Source: Rhabdothermincola salaria
GTDB lineage: Bacteria; Actinomycetota; Acidimicrobiia; Acidimicrobiales; Acidimicrobilacustridaceae
Length of the DNA stretch: 64,000 bases
Direction of reading: 5' to 3'
Assembly (NCBI RefSeq): GCF_021246445.1
Contig: NZ_JAJQXW010000001.1
Coordinates: forward strand, 496,001 to 560,000
In this document: positions 28,778-39,835 of the stretch, in pieces
Numbering within the stretch: the first letter of the stretch is position 1
Layout: the number at the start of each line of letters is the position of its first letter
Notes under the pieces: generated by a model
Told to the model about the DNA's origin: nothing
The model's database searches: none
The model's input: only the letters and a program-made list of their open reading frames with translations
Position numbers and translations under genes: made by a program

Positions 28778-28900
28778 TCAGGACTCCGGGAAGTCGGACG
28801 TGGGGTGGCCGACGATGCTGTCGGCGGCGAGGGAGAGCAGCAGCACGCCGAGGCCGGCGGCGAGGACGAGGCCGAGCACGGAGACGAAGATCATGGTCAT
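28778..28900 (-). CDS. Small single-TM membrane protein (40 aa)
   Basis: AAGGAG RBS; MTMIFVSVLGLVLAAGLGVLLLSLAADSIVGHPTSDFPES. Confidence 0.5.
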   Translation of the reverse strand: MTMIFVSVLGLVLAAGLGVLLLSLAADSIVGHPTSDFPES

Positions 28901-29031
28901 TCGGGGACGCTCCTTGAGATTCCTGGACAGCAGGTTCCCTACCCGCTCGCGTCGCCCATGTGCCGGTGTCACGGAATCGTCATGGACGGTCCGGCGCGGG
29001 GTGGCGCGGCGTCCGTTCCCGGCTGGGCCGG

Positions 29032-30891
29032 TCAGAGGCCGATGACGGCCACGCTGTCCGGGGGCAGGGCCACGCCGGGGCCCTCGAGAGCCACCGTCTC
29101 GTGGGAGGCCATGAGCAGGTCGGCGTCGGCTCCGGCGCCCGGGATGGGCAGGGTGGCCTGCTCGGCGCCGAGGTTGACGGCGACGGCGACGGCACCGCGG
29201 CGCAGCACCAGGGTGCCGTGAGCGTCGTCGACGGCGACGGTGACGCGGTCGAAGCGGCCGTCGAGCAGGTCCGGTCGGCCGGCGCGCAGCTGCAGGAGGC
29301 GGGCGTACCAGGCCCTCATCTCCGCGTGTCGGCCCGCATCACGCTCGGACCAGTCGAGCACGGCCTCGGTGAAGGTCGCCGGGGACTCGGGGTCGGCCAC
29401 CTCCTCGGGCGACCAGCCGAACTCGGCGAACTCCGCCATCCGTCCGTTGCGCACGGCCTCGGCCAGGGCGGGGTCGGCGTGGTGGTCGGCGAAGAACGGG
29501 AACGGCGCCGATGCCGCCCACTCCTGGCCTTGGAAGAGCATGGGCACGAACGGCGACGTGAACACGAGCGCACCGGCGATCTTGAGGCGATCGGTCGAGA
29601 GCAGGTGGCCGAGCCGTTCGCCCCGGGCCCGGTTGCCGATCTGATCGTGGTTCTGGGCGTAGCCGACGAAGGACGCCCCGCTCAGGCCCTCGGGGGCCCG
29701 CCCGTGGTAGCGGTCGCGGTGCTCGCTGTACTGGCCTCGGTAGACGTAGGCGTGGCGTAGCGACTCGGCCAGCGGCGTGAGGCCCACGTAGTCGGCGTAG
29801 TAGCTGTCGTGCTCACCGGTGAGGGCGGTGTGCACGGCGTGGTGGAAGTCGTCGTTCCAGTGGGCGTCGATGCCGTAGCCGCCCGCGCTGCGGGGTTCGA
29901 GCAGGCGCGGGTCGTTGCGGTCGCTCTCGGCGACGAGCACCAGGCGGCGGCCGAGCTGGTCGGAGAGCTCGTCGACCTCGGTCGCGAGCTGTTCGAGGAT
30001 GTGCACGGCGCTGGTGTCGATGAGGGCGTGCACGGCATCGAGGCGCAGGCCGTCGATGTGGTAGTCGCGCAGCCACATCAGGGCGTTGTCGACGAGGAAG
30101 CGTCGCACCTCGTGGCTGCCGGGGCCCGACAGGTTGACGGCGTCGCCCCACGGGGTGGTGAAGAAGTCGGTGAAGTAGGGCCCGAAGACGCCGAGGTAGT
30201 TCCCCTCGGGCCCGAGGTGGTTGTAGACGACGTCGAGGAGGACGGCGAGGCCGCGCTGGTGGCAGGCGTCGACGAGGGTCTTCAGGTCGTCGGGGTCGCC
30301 GTAGGTGGGGTGGGGGGCGTAGAGGTCGACCCCGTCGTAGCCCCATCCCCAGCGCCCGGCGAAGGCGGCCACCGGCATGAGCTCGACGTGGGTGACGCCG
30401 AGCTCGACGAGCGCGTCGAGGTGCTCGATGGCCGTGCGGAAGGTGCCGCCGTGGTAGTCGTCGCCGGTGGCGGCGGCCACGGTGCGGGGGTCGCCGGTGA
30501 AGGTCCCGATGTGGAGCTCGTAGACGACGGCTCCGGCGAGCGGGCCGGCGTCCCAGCCGTCGTCGTGCCAGGTGAAGGCCTCGTGGTCGAGCACCCGGGA
30601 CGGCCCGTGCACGCCGTGGGGCTGCCACGGGGAGCGGGGGTCGGGACGGGCGTCGCCGCCGTCGACGCGGAACAGGTAGTCGGTGCCGGGGCCGGCGTCG
30701 TCGACGGTGAGGCTCCACCAGCCGCCGTCGTCCGACGTCATGGGCAGCCGGCGGCTGGCTCCGTCGCTGCCGCCCGTGGTGCCGGTGGAGTCGGTGCCCT
30801 GGGGGGCCGCGGTGGGCTCGGTGGTGCGGGTGGGCAGCTCGAGCTCCACCTGCTCGGCGGCCGGCGCCCACACCCGGAACTCATGCGCCAT
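29032..30891 (-). CDS. treZ: Malto-oligosyltrehalose trehalohydrolase (GH13)
   Basis: FRVWAP, YELHIGTFT, WGYDGV, DVVYNHLGPEGNY, DGLRLDAVHA, QNHDQIGNR. Confidence 0.93.
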   Translation of the reverse strand: MAHEFRVWAPAAEQVELELPTRTTEPTAAPQGTDSTGTTGGSDGASRRLPMTSDDGGWWSLTVDDAGPGTDYLFRVDGGDARPDPRSPWQPHGVHGPSRVLDHEAFTWHDDGWDAGPLAGAVVYELHIGTFTGDPRTVAAATGDDYHGGTFRTAIEHLDALVELGVTHVELMPVAAFAGRWGWGYDGVDLYAPHPTYGDPDDLKTLVDACHQRGLAVLLDVVYNHLGPEGNYLGVFGPYFTDFFTTPWGDAVNLSGPGSHEVRRFLVDNALMWLRDYHIDGLRLDAVHALIDTSAVHILEQLATEVDELSDQLGRRLVLVAESDRNDPRLLEPRSAGGYGIDAHWNDDFHHAVHTALTGEHDSYYADYVGLTPLAESLRHAYVYRGQYSEHRDRYHGRAPEGLSGASFVGYAQNHDQIGNRARGERLGHLLSTDRLKIAGALVFTSPFVPMLFQGQEWAASAPFPFFADHHADPALAEAVRNGRMAEFAEFGWSPEEVADPESPATFTEAVLDWSERDAGRHAEMRAWYARLLQLRAGRPDLLDGRFDRVTVAVDDAHGTLVLRRGAVAVAVNLGAEQATLPIPGAGADADLLMASHETVALEGPGVALPPDSVAVIGL

Positions 30892-30968
30892 CGTCGACCC
30901 GATCGTCCTGCGTGTGCGCCTGGCGCTCCGCCGCCCTCTTGCCTGGGTGCGCCCCACCCTCCCAGGCC

Positions 30969-31017
30969 TTCTTGCATGAGATCGACGTCGTGGAGCACGT
31001 CGATCTCATGCGAGTTC
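30969..31017 (-). repeat. 49-nt hairpin repeat, subfamily A (A3)
   Basis: TTCTTGCATGAGATCGACGT...ACGTCGATCTCATGCGAGTTC; stem substitutions are compensatory relative to A1. Confidence 0.8.
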
Positions 31018-31038
31018 GTTGGCGGGAGGCGGGTGACG

Positions 31039-31461
31039 TCATGGGGTGGTGTAGCCGTCGCCGTCGGGGCCATCGGGGTCGAGGCCGCTGCGTCGGCGGG
31101 CCTCGTCGGGATCGACGACGTGGACGGCAGCCTCCTCGGCGCTCGTCGGGCCGTCGGCCGCGGGGTCGAGGTCACCGACCATCGCCGCTTCCTCGTCGGC
31201 GCCGAGCGGATCGTCGGAGGGCTCGTAGAGGCCGCGGGCCACGTGCTCGTCGGGGGTGAGCCGGTCGGGGTTCTCGCGTGCCGCCCGGCCGGCGACGGAG
31301 TCGGCGGTCTCGGTGCCGCCCGCGCCGTAGGCCTCGGCCCCCCACTGGGTGTCGGGTGGCATGTCGTCGAGAGAGGCGCCGGTGGAGGCCTGCCCGGTGT
31401 CGCCCTCGACGTCCTCGTCGAAGGCGTCGAACTGCTCGGCTTGGTCTTGCTCGTCTGCCAT
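31039..31461 (-). CDS. Small acidic DUF5709-like protein
   Basis: Asp/Glu-rich with RAARENPD and SAEEAAVHVV. Confidence 0.7.
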   Translation of the reverse strand: MADEQDQAEQFDAFDEDVEGDTGQASTGASLDDMPPDTQWGAEAYGAGGTETADSVAGRAARENPDRLTPDEHVARGLYEPSDDPLGADEEAAMVGDLDPAADGPTSAEEAAVHVVDPDEARRRSGLDPDGPDGDGYTTP

Positions 31462-31542
31462 GGGGACCATCTTCCCGCGATCGCGTCGGCCCCGAACCAC
31501 GGCCCGAACCACGGCCCTGGGTCCCAGCCCGAAACCTCCCCC

Positions 31543-31591
31543 TTCTTGCATGACATCGGCGCACTCCACCACGCCGATTCCATGCGAGAAG
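31543..31591 (-). repeat. 49-nt hairpin repeat, subfamily A (A4)
   Basis: TTCTTGCATGACATCGGCG...CGCCGATTCCATGCGAGAAG. Confidence 0.75.
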
Positions 31592-31640
31592 CGGGATGGG
31601 GGCGCGGGTCGGCGGGAGAGGTGCGGGCGCGTTCTGGGGG

Positions 31641-33884
<2,244 letters not shown>

Positions 33885-34280
33885 GGCTCCCTTCTAGCCG
33901 AGCTCCGGGCGTATGCGGTCGGCCGACCCCGACTCTTCACATGGCGATGGCGTCGGTCGCCCGTTGTTCGGGCGGGGCGTCGATCCGTTCACCGGTGCCA
34001 TCGGCGGTCCGCTCGGGCGTGCGTGGGATCGCCGTGGCGAGGGCGGCCACCGGTTCTAGCGAGCGCTGCGGGGGGAAGGTTCCCAGTCGACCCGTGGCAG
34101 CAGCCACCAACCGGGCCGACAGGTGTGCCAGCATCGCCGGCACCGACGTCCGCCGAGAGATGCCCTGGAGATGCCCGACGTGATGTCCGCCCCCCGAGAC
34201 CCAGGCATTCGCAGCCGGCGGGGAACGAATGCTCGGGGCGGCTGTCGCGGCGTCGGACCTCCGATCCGGGGGACCCGGCG

Positions 34281-34697
34281 ATGAGCACCCAGCGGGCCAC
34301 GGCGACGTTCGCAGCCGATCTCGAGAGCGCGGCGGCCGCTCGCCACTTCGCCGAGGACCGCCTGCGGGAATGGGGCGCCGAGGAGCTCGTCGAGTCGACC
34401 CGGCTCCTGGTCAGCGAGCTCATGGTCAACGCGGTGCTCCACACCGGCACTCCGGCCAGGCTCACGCTGGAGCTCGACGTGGGTTGTCTGCGCGCCGAGG
34501 TGGTCGATGGCGGCGAGGGGGATGTGGCTCGCCGGCCCTACGAGCCCGATGCCCCGACCGGCCGCGGCCTGATGATCGTCGATGCCCTCGCCACCCGGTG
34601 GGGTGTCGACGAGTTCGACGCGGGCAAGGTCGTGTGGTTCGAGCTGGACCGTCAGCTCACCAGCCCCTCGGTGCGGGGCAGGTCCGCCTCCGGCTGA
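34281..34697 (+). CDS. HATPase_c (RsbW-like) ATP-binding protein
   Basis: LLVSELMVNAVLH, EVVDGG, GRGLMIVDALATRWG, GKVVWFEL. Confidence 0.85.
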   Translation: MSTQRATATFAADLESAAAARHFAEDRLREWGAEELVESTRLLVSELMVNAVLHTGTPARLTLELDVGCLRAEVVDGGEGDVARRPYEPDAPTGRGLMIVDALATRWGVDEFDAGKVVWFELDRQLTSPSVRGRSASG

Positions 34698-34856
34698 GGT
34701 CCCGCCCGCGGCTCTCTGGCTGACGCCCCGCTCTCCGGTCGTGGCTCCGCCCCGGACCCGCCAGCGGAGGCCCCGCGTTCCGACTGGTCCGACGCCCCCG
34801 TTCCGGTTGATCCGACCGGGCACCTCCCCGCCTTCGGCGGATGCGGCCGCGGTGGT

Positions 34857-36203
34857 TCAGCTGACGGTGCGGAGGGTAGCGATGGGCGCCTGGTCGTCGG
34901 CCGGTGGGGCCCCGGCGCCGAGGAGCATCAGCTCGGTGGGGTCCACCGGGTTGAGGTCGCCGGTGCGCACGGCCGGTTGGGCGTGGGTGAGCAGCGTGCG
35001 CAACATGGCCATGGCGAAGGCCTCGGTGTCGAGGTCGGGGTCGAGCTGGCCGGCCTGCTGGGCGGCGCCGACGAGGGCGACGATGCGGGGGATGGGGCCC
35101 CACGTGACGGCCCCGGGCGCGTAGCTCTCGCTCATGCCCGCGAACACGAGGATGGCGCTCTGGGTGAGCGGCTGGGAGCGCTCCATGAGCGCGGTGGCCA
35201 GGGCGATCATGGTCCGCAGCTCGGTGATGGGATCGAGTCCGTCGGGGATGGAGGTGAACGACTCGTCGGCCAGCATCAGGAACACCCCGATGCCGAGGGC
35301 GTGCTTGGAGCCGAACAGGCGGTGGATCTCACCGGCGGAGATGCCGGCAGCGGTGGCCACCTCTTCGATGCTGAGCTCCTGCCATGGCCGTTCGGTGAGC
35401 AGCCCTCGGGCGGTCGCGGCGATGTCGAAGGGGGTGACGACGCGGTCGTGGGTGTGGGCGAACGCCGTCATCTGGCTCTGGGGGGTGGTGCGGCCATGGC
35501 GGACGCGCTCGCCGTCGGAGGGGAAGCGGGTCATGAGGCCCGCCACGACCGGCAGGTCGGCGCCGTCGTCCTGCATGCGGGTGAGCGTGATGAGCATGGC
35601 GAACGCCGCCCAGGAGTACAGCTCGACGGGAGCACCCTCGGGGTCGATGAGGTGGCGAGCCGCGAAGGCGTCCATGAAGGTGGAGTAGAGGGCGGCGAGG
35701 TTGTCCATGGTCACCGGGGGACGGGCCTCCCGGCCCCAGCGGGTGAGCATCAGCTCCGACGCGGCGACCGCTCGCTTCTCGGTGATGCGGTATTGGCGGC
35801 GGAGCTTCTCGGCCACCACCGGGTCGTCGAGCTTGGCCAGCATGCCCAGGCGCACCCGGAGGGCGGGGTCGTCGACCACGGTGCGCAGCTGCATCTGGCA
35901 GGCCTGCTCGAACTGGGCGTGGAGGTCGCCGTCGCCCAGGGCCATCTGGTTCATGAGGTCGACGACGGCGGGGTCGTAGCCGTCGGCGGTTGGGTCGGTG
36001 ATGTGGTCGACCAGCTCGTCGAGGTACTCCTGGGTGGTGCTCCAGTAGGCGTAGAAGGTGGCCCGGGTGATGCCGGCCGCCTTGGCCAGCCGGGAGACGT
36101 TGAGCCCGCCGAAGAGCTCGGCGGGCGGAGTGTCGATCCACAGGTCGAGGCCGGCCTGGAGGACCTTCTCACGTGTGGTGGGGGGGGAGGACGGGTTCGG
36201 CAC
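34857..36203 (-). CDS. Tandem (double) TetR-family regulator
   Basis: Two TetR HTHs: VSRLAKAAGITRATFYAYW and SIEEVATAAGISAGEIHRLFGSK. The GTG at 36203 lies 7 nt after a TATAGT -10, so the gene is probably leaderless. Confidence 0.8.
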   Translation of the reverse strand: MPNPSSPPTTREKVLQAGLDLWIDTPPAELFGGLNVSRLAKAAGITRATFYAYWSTTQEYLDELVDHITDPTADGYDPAVVDLMNQMALGDGDLHAQFEQACQMQLRTVVDDPALRVRLGMLAKLDDPVVAEKLRRQYRITEKRAVAASELMLTRWGREARPPVTMDNLAALYSTFMDAFAARHLIDPEGAPVELYSWAAFAMLITLTRMQDDGADLPVVAGLMTRFPSDGERVRHGRTTPQSQMTAFAHTHDRVVTPFDIAATARGLLTERPWQELSIEEVATAAGISAGEIHRLFGSKHALGIGVFLMLADESFTSIPDGLDPITELRTMIALATALMERSQPLTQSAILVFAGMSESYAPGAVTWGPIPRIVALVGAAQQAGQLDPDLDTEAFAMAMLRTLLTHAQPAVRTGDLNPVDPTELMLLGAGAPPADDQAPIATLRTVS

Positions 36204-36226
36204 GGCCCCGACTATACAGGACTGTT

Positions 36227-36248
36227 CACTAGACACTGATGTCTAGTG
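36227..36248. promoter_or_regulatory. Candidate TetR operator
   Basis: Perfect inverted repeat CACTAGACA-CTGA-TGTCTAGTG just upstream of the tandem TetR -10 (ACTATA at 36211-36216 on +). Confidence 0.7.
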
Positions 36249-36558
36249 CAACGCTCGCTCGTGCTCATTGACCAGGGCGTCAGCGTGCGGTTGTCTGGCC
36301 ACGTGCCGGCGGCCCCGCCGTCGACACGACCGGCTCCGTCCCAGGTCCGTCGCTCACTTCGGTGGGTGAGGTGCCGGGGACAGGCCGGGGCTGGACCGTC
36401 CGGATCACTCCGGGCGCCGGTCGCACTGCGTGCGAGGCGCAGCTCGGCTCGTCATCTGGGCGGCGCGGGCCGAGCGTGCCTCGACGTGGGCCCTGAACCG
36501 GCGACAGCCTCCTTCACCGCCGCCCGGACTCGCTCGAAGCGGCTCGCCCGAACCACGC

Positions 36559-36670
36559 GTAGTTGTCGGGTTAGGGCGTCGACAGGTGACGCTGTTTCCT
36601 GACAGGTTCGCCGGTGGGGTGTTGTTGTCGGGTTAGGGCGTCGACAGGTGACGCTGTTTCCTGACAGGTC
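36559..36670 (+). repeat. Tandem pair of 50-nt hairpin repeats, subfamily B (B1 36559-36608, B2 36621-36670)
   Basis: GT(A/T)GTTGTCGGGTTAGGGCGTCGACAGGTGACGCTGTTTCCTGACAGGT; 62-nt period; immediately downstream of the DUF559 gene. Confidence 0.9.
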
Positions 36671-36686
36671 CGCCGGTGGAACGCGG

Positions 36687-37736
36687 CTACTCGTGCTGGG
36701 GGGCGGGTGGATGGGCGGCGGGGTGAGCGTGTCGGGAGGACCGCACGGCGTTGCGGAGGGTCGCCACGACCCGCCCGGGCTGGTGCCAGACGTCGACCTC
36801 GGCGATCTCGAGCACGGTCCAGCCGCTGGCGCGGAGCCGACCGAGGCGGACCTGGTCGCGCTCGCGGTCGACAAGGCTGCGGTGGTACAGCTCGCTTTGG
36901 ATCTCGACGATGACGGTGGCCTGGCGATGGGTGTAGTCGACCCGTCCGATCACGCCGCCGTCGTCGCCGATCGTCACCTGGCGCTCGAAGCCGGCGACGT
37001 CGTGGTCCCGGAGGATCTGCTCGAAGCGGTGCTCGAGGTTGGAATCGGTCGGCCGGTAGTCCGGATCGCTGCGGTCCTCGAGGATCGAACGCATGGTGCG
37101 GATCCCGGGACGGCCGCGACCTTGCAGATCCTCGAGCATGGCGAGCAGATCGCGGTAGGTGGTGAGCCGCAGGCTCAAGCACCGGTCCGTGAGGCGGGCG
37201 ACGCGATCGGGGTGCACACGGGCGGCGAGGTCGAACAGGGTGCGGGCCGCCGTGGTGACCCGCAGCCCGTCGATCACGGTCACGTGGCCGACGTGGAACC
37301 TCGTGGAGGTGTGGCTCACGGGGGTCCTCGGGTCACGGGCGCGCCGGACCCGCATCACGTGAGGGGGGAGCAGAGCGAACCCGCCGAACCCGAGGACCGC
37401 GGCGGCGGAGGACGTGGCGAGGGCCGCATCATCGCCCTCACGGAGTAGTGCGGCCATGGCGGATCGGCGTTCGGTGGGCGGGGCGCTGACGAAGGACCAG
37501 ACCCGCCTGGTGGCGCTGGCGATCTCGCCGGTCTCCCGCCAGCGACGGAGGCTGTCACGGCCAAGGCCGGCCTCCCGGGCCTGGGCCGAGGTGAACAGCC
37601 CATGCTGGCCGGCCGCGATCTCGCGGACTCGGGTCCTTCGGTCGTCCTTGGGGTGATGGGGTTCACTGGCCAGGATCGCTGGGAGTGGCCCCGGCGGGGT
37701 CGGTATGACCCAAGGGTTCGGCGTGGCATCGTCCAT
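36687..37736 (-). CDS. AbiEi-like wHTH plus DUF559 (Vsr-like PD-(D/E)XK) endonuclease protein
   Basis: N-terminal IAAGQHGLFTSAQAREAGL, middle GLRVTTAARTLFDLA, C-terminal SNLE...RQV...RVD...IVEIQS..YH...RD..L...GWTVL. Confidence 0.85.
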   Translation of the reverse strand: MDDATPNPWVIPTPPGPLPAILASEPHHPKDDRRTRVREIAAGQHGLFTSAQAREAGLGRDSLRRWRETGEIASATRRVWSFVSAPPTERRSAMAALLREGDDAALATSSAAAVLGFGGFALLPPHVMRVRRARDPRTPVSHTSTRFHVGHVTVIDGLRVTTAARTLFDLAARVHPDRVARLTDRCLSLRLTTYRDLLAMLEDLQGRGRPGIRTMRSILEDRSDPDYRPTDSNLEHRFEQILRDHDVAGFERQVTIGDDGGVIGRVDYTHRQATVIVEIQSELYHRSLVDRERDQVRLGRLRASGWTVLEIAEVDVWHQPGRVVATLRNAVRSSRHAHPAAHPPAPQHE

Positions 37737-37870
37737 CTCGACTCCCTGGGACGGGAAGTGGTGGACGGCACGGCCGCCGATCGCCGGAGTCCATCACTGG
37801 AAGCACGCAGTGACAAGGGCACGTTCGGGCGACCGACACATCGAGGCTCGGCTCCTCGCTCGAACCGCGC

Positions 37871-37920
37871 GTAGTTGTCAGGGTTGGGCGTCAACAGGTG
37901 ACGCCCTTTCCTGACAGGTT
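37871..37920 (+). repeat. 50-nt hairpin repeat, subfamily B (B3)
   Basis: GTAGTTGTCAGGGTTGGGCGTCAACAGGTGACGCCCTTTCCTGACAGGTT; same orientation as B1 and B2. Confidence 0.9.
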
Positions 37921-38001
37921 CGCGAGGGCCGGGAAGCCGGGCAGGTCCGGCTGGGAGGGAGACTCCTGGGATCGGCCTCGAGCGGAGTCGGGGGTGAGGC
38001 G

Positions 38002-39150
38002 TCAGGGGGTGAGGGAGCGGCCGATGATCTCCTTCATGATCTCGGTGGTGCCGCCGTAGATGGTCTGGATGCGGGTGTCGAGGTAGGCCCGGGCGATGGG
38101 GTACTCGAGCATGTAGCCGTAGCCGCCGTGGAGCTGCACGCAGCGGTCGACGACCCGCTTCTGCAGCTCGGTCGTCCAGTACTTGGCCATGGCGGCCTCC
38201 TCGACGCTGAGCGTGCCGGCCACGAGGGCTTCCACGCAGCGGTCGACGAACACCTCGCCGATCTGGATCTCGGTGGCCATGTCGGCCAGCTCGAAGCGGC
38301 TGTTCTGGAACGAGGACACCGGGCGACCGAAGGCCTGGCGCTCGTCGGTGTACTCGAGGGTCCAGCGCAGGGCCTGGCGGGCCATGGCGATGGCGCCCAC
38401 GGCGATGGAGAGCCGCTCCTGGGCCAGGTTCTCGACCAGGTGCACGAAGCCCATGCCCTCGGTGCCGAGGAGGTTGTCGACCGGCACGTGCACGTCGTTG
38501 AAGAACAGCTCGGCGGTGTCCTGGCTCTTGAGGCCGACCTTGGCCAGGTTGCGGCCCCGTTCGAAGCCGTCCATGCCCCGTTCGAGCACGATGAGGCTCA
38601 TGCCCTTGTGGCGTTGGCTGGGGTCGGTCTTCACGGCGGTGATCACCAGGTCGGCGTTGATGCCGTTGGTGATGAAGGTCTTGGAGCCGTTGACCACGTA
38701 GTGGTCGCCGTCGCGGATGGCGCTGGTGGACATGCCGGCGAGGTCCGAGCCGATGCCGGGTTCGGTCATGGCGATGGCGGTGATGAGCTCGCCCGAGGCG
38801 ATGCCGGGCAGCCAGCGGGCCTTCTGGTCGTCGGTGGTGAGGCTGAGGAAGTACGGCAGGCAGATGTCGTTGTGCAGGGTGATGCCCAGCCCGGCTCCGC
38901 CGGTGCCGGCGTAGGCCATCTCCTCGGCGAGGACCTGGTTGTAGCGGAAGTCGTCGACCCCGCCGCCGCCGTACTGCTCGGGCGCGGCCATGGCGAGGAA
39001 GCCGTTGTCGCCCGCCTTGGTGAACAGCTCTCGGGGGACGATGCCGGCGCTGTCCCACTCCTCGGTGTGCGGGGTGATCTCCTTGGCCACGAAGGCGCGG
39101 ACGGACTCCCGGAACATCTCGTGGTCGTCGGTGAGCAGCGTGCGTTCCAT
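38002..39150 (-). CDS. Acyl-CoA dehydrogenase (long-chain type)
   Basis: AIAMTEPGIGSDL, NGSKTFITNG, QDTAELFF, CVQLHGGYGYMLEYPI, IYGGTTEIMK. Confidence 0.95.
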   Translation of the reverse strand: MERTLLTDDHEMFRESVRAFVAKEITPHTEEWDSAGIVPRELFTKAGDNGFLAMAAPEQYGGGGVDDFRYNQVLAEEMAYAGTGGAGLGITLHNDICLPYFLSLTTDDQKARWLPGIASGELITAIAMTEPGIGSDLAGMSTSAIRDGDHYVVNGSKTFITNGINADLVITAVKTDPSQRHKGMSLIVLERGMDGFERGRNLAKVGLKSQDTAELFFNDVHVPVDNLLGTEGMGFVHLVENLAQERLSIAVGAIAMARQALRWTLEYTDERQAFGRPVSSFQNSRFELADMATEIQIGEVFVDRCVEALVAGTLSVEEAAMAKYWTTELQKRVVDRCVQLHGGYGYMLEYPIARAYLDTRIQTIYGGTTEIMKEIIGRSLTP

Positions 39151-39213
39151 GGCGGTCAGGCTACGCCTCGGGCGCGCTGGCTGACGAGGCCGTCAGCCAG
39201 AACGAATCCGACG

Positions 39214-39262
39214 TTCTTGCATGGTCTTGGCGCCATGGGGCGCGACGAACGCATGCAAGAAC
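39214..39262. repeat. 49-nt hairpin repeat, subfamily A (A5)
   Basis: TTCTTGCATGGTCTTGGCG...CGACGAACGCATGCAAGAAC. Confidence 0.75.
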
Positions 39263-39343
39263 CGGTTGTGGGGCAGGCTGGTTGTGGGGCCGGTCCGGGG
39301 GGGCGGTCCGGGGGCGGTCCGGGCGGCCTGTCCGCGGGTCGCT

Positions 39344-39748
39344 TCAGCGGGGGCGGCGGCGGGGGTCGACCAGGCCGGGGCCACCCATGGAAGCCGAGAC
39401 GGAGGCCGCCTCACGCAGGCCGTCGGCTGCCGCGACGGTCATCCGCGACAACGAGGCGATGTCGGGGGTGCGCCCGGCGGTGGCGGTGCCGTGCAGGTGG
39501 TCGAGGTGGTGGCGCAGGACCTGGCTGCAGTTGCTCCGGAAGCGCTCGGTGGAGGCTTGGGTGGCGATCCACTCGGGATCGTCGACCCGGGCTTCACGGA
39601 TCCAGTCGAGGGCGGGGGTGGCCGCGACCAGCAGCTCGGCCAGCTCGGGGTACTGCCGGGCCGGGCCCAGGCTGCGAGGACCGAGGTAGCGCCCGCACTG
39701 GCAGGGGCAGAGGGTGGCACTGCTGGGGGGAGTGGTGGTGGCCGCCAT
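39344..39748 (-). CDS. Hypothetical protein with N-terminal CPCxCG motif
   Basis: MAATTTPPSSATLCPCQCGRYLG followed by a helical region with HHLDHLH. Confidence 0.55.
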   Translation of the reverse strand: MAATTTPPSSATLCPCQCGRYLGPRSLGPARQYPELAELLVAATPALDWIREARVDDPEWIATQASTERFRSNCSQVLRHHLDHLHGTATAGRTPDIASLSRMTVAAADGLREAASVSASMGGPGLVDPRRRPR

Positions 39749-39835
39749 GAACTGATTGTGACCCATCTGCCACGCAAAGTGGGCACAATCGCGCCCTCTG
39801 GGGCCAAAACGAGCCGTACGGCCTAGGCGCGCCGC

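Noticed and set aside
36559..36670. CRISPR array suggested by the direct repeats here, at 18969-19079 and at 18833-18961
   Set aside because: Only two units with 11-13 nt linkers, or contiguous tandem units with no spacers; no cas genes in the window.
36687..37736. Type IV toxin-antitoxin (AbiE) system
   Set aside because: No AbiEii nucleotidyltransferase neighbour; the AbiEi-like domain is fused to DUF559 instead.
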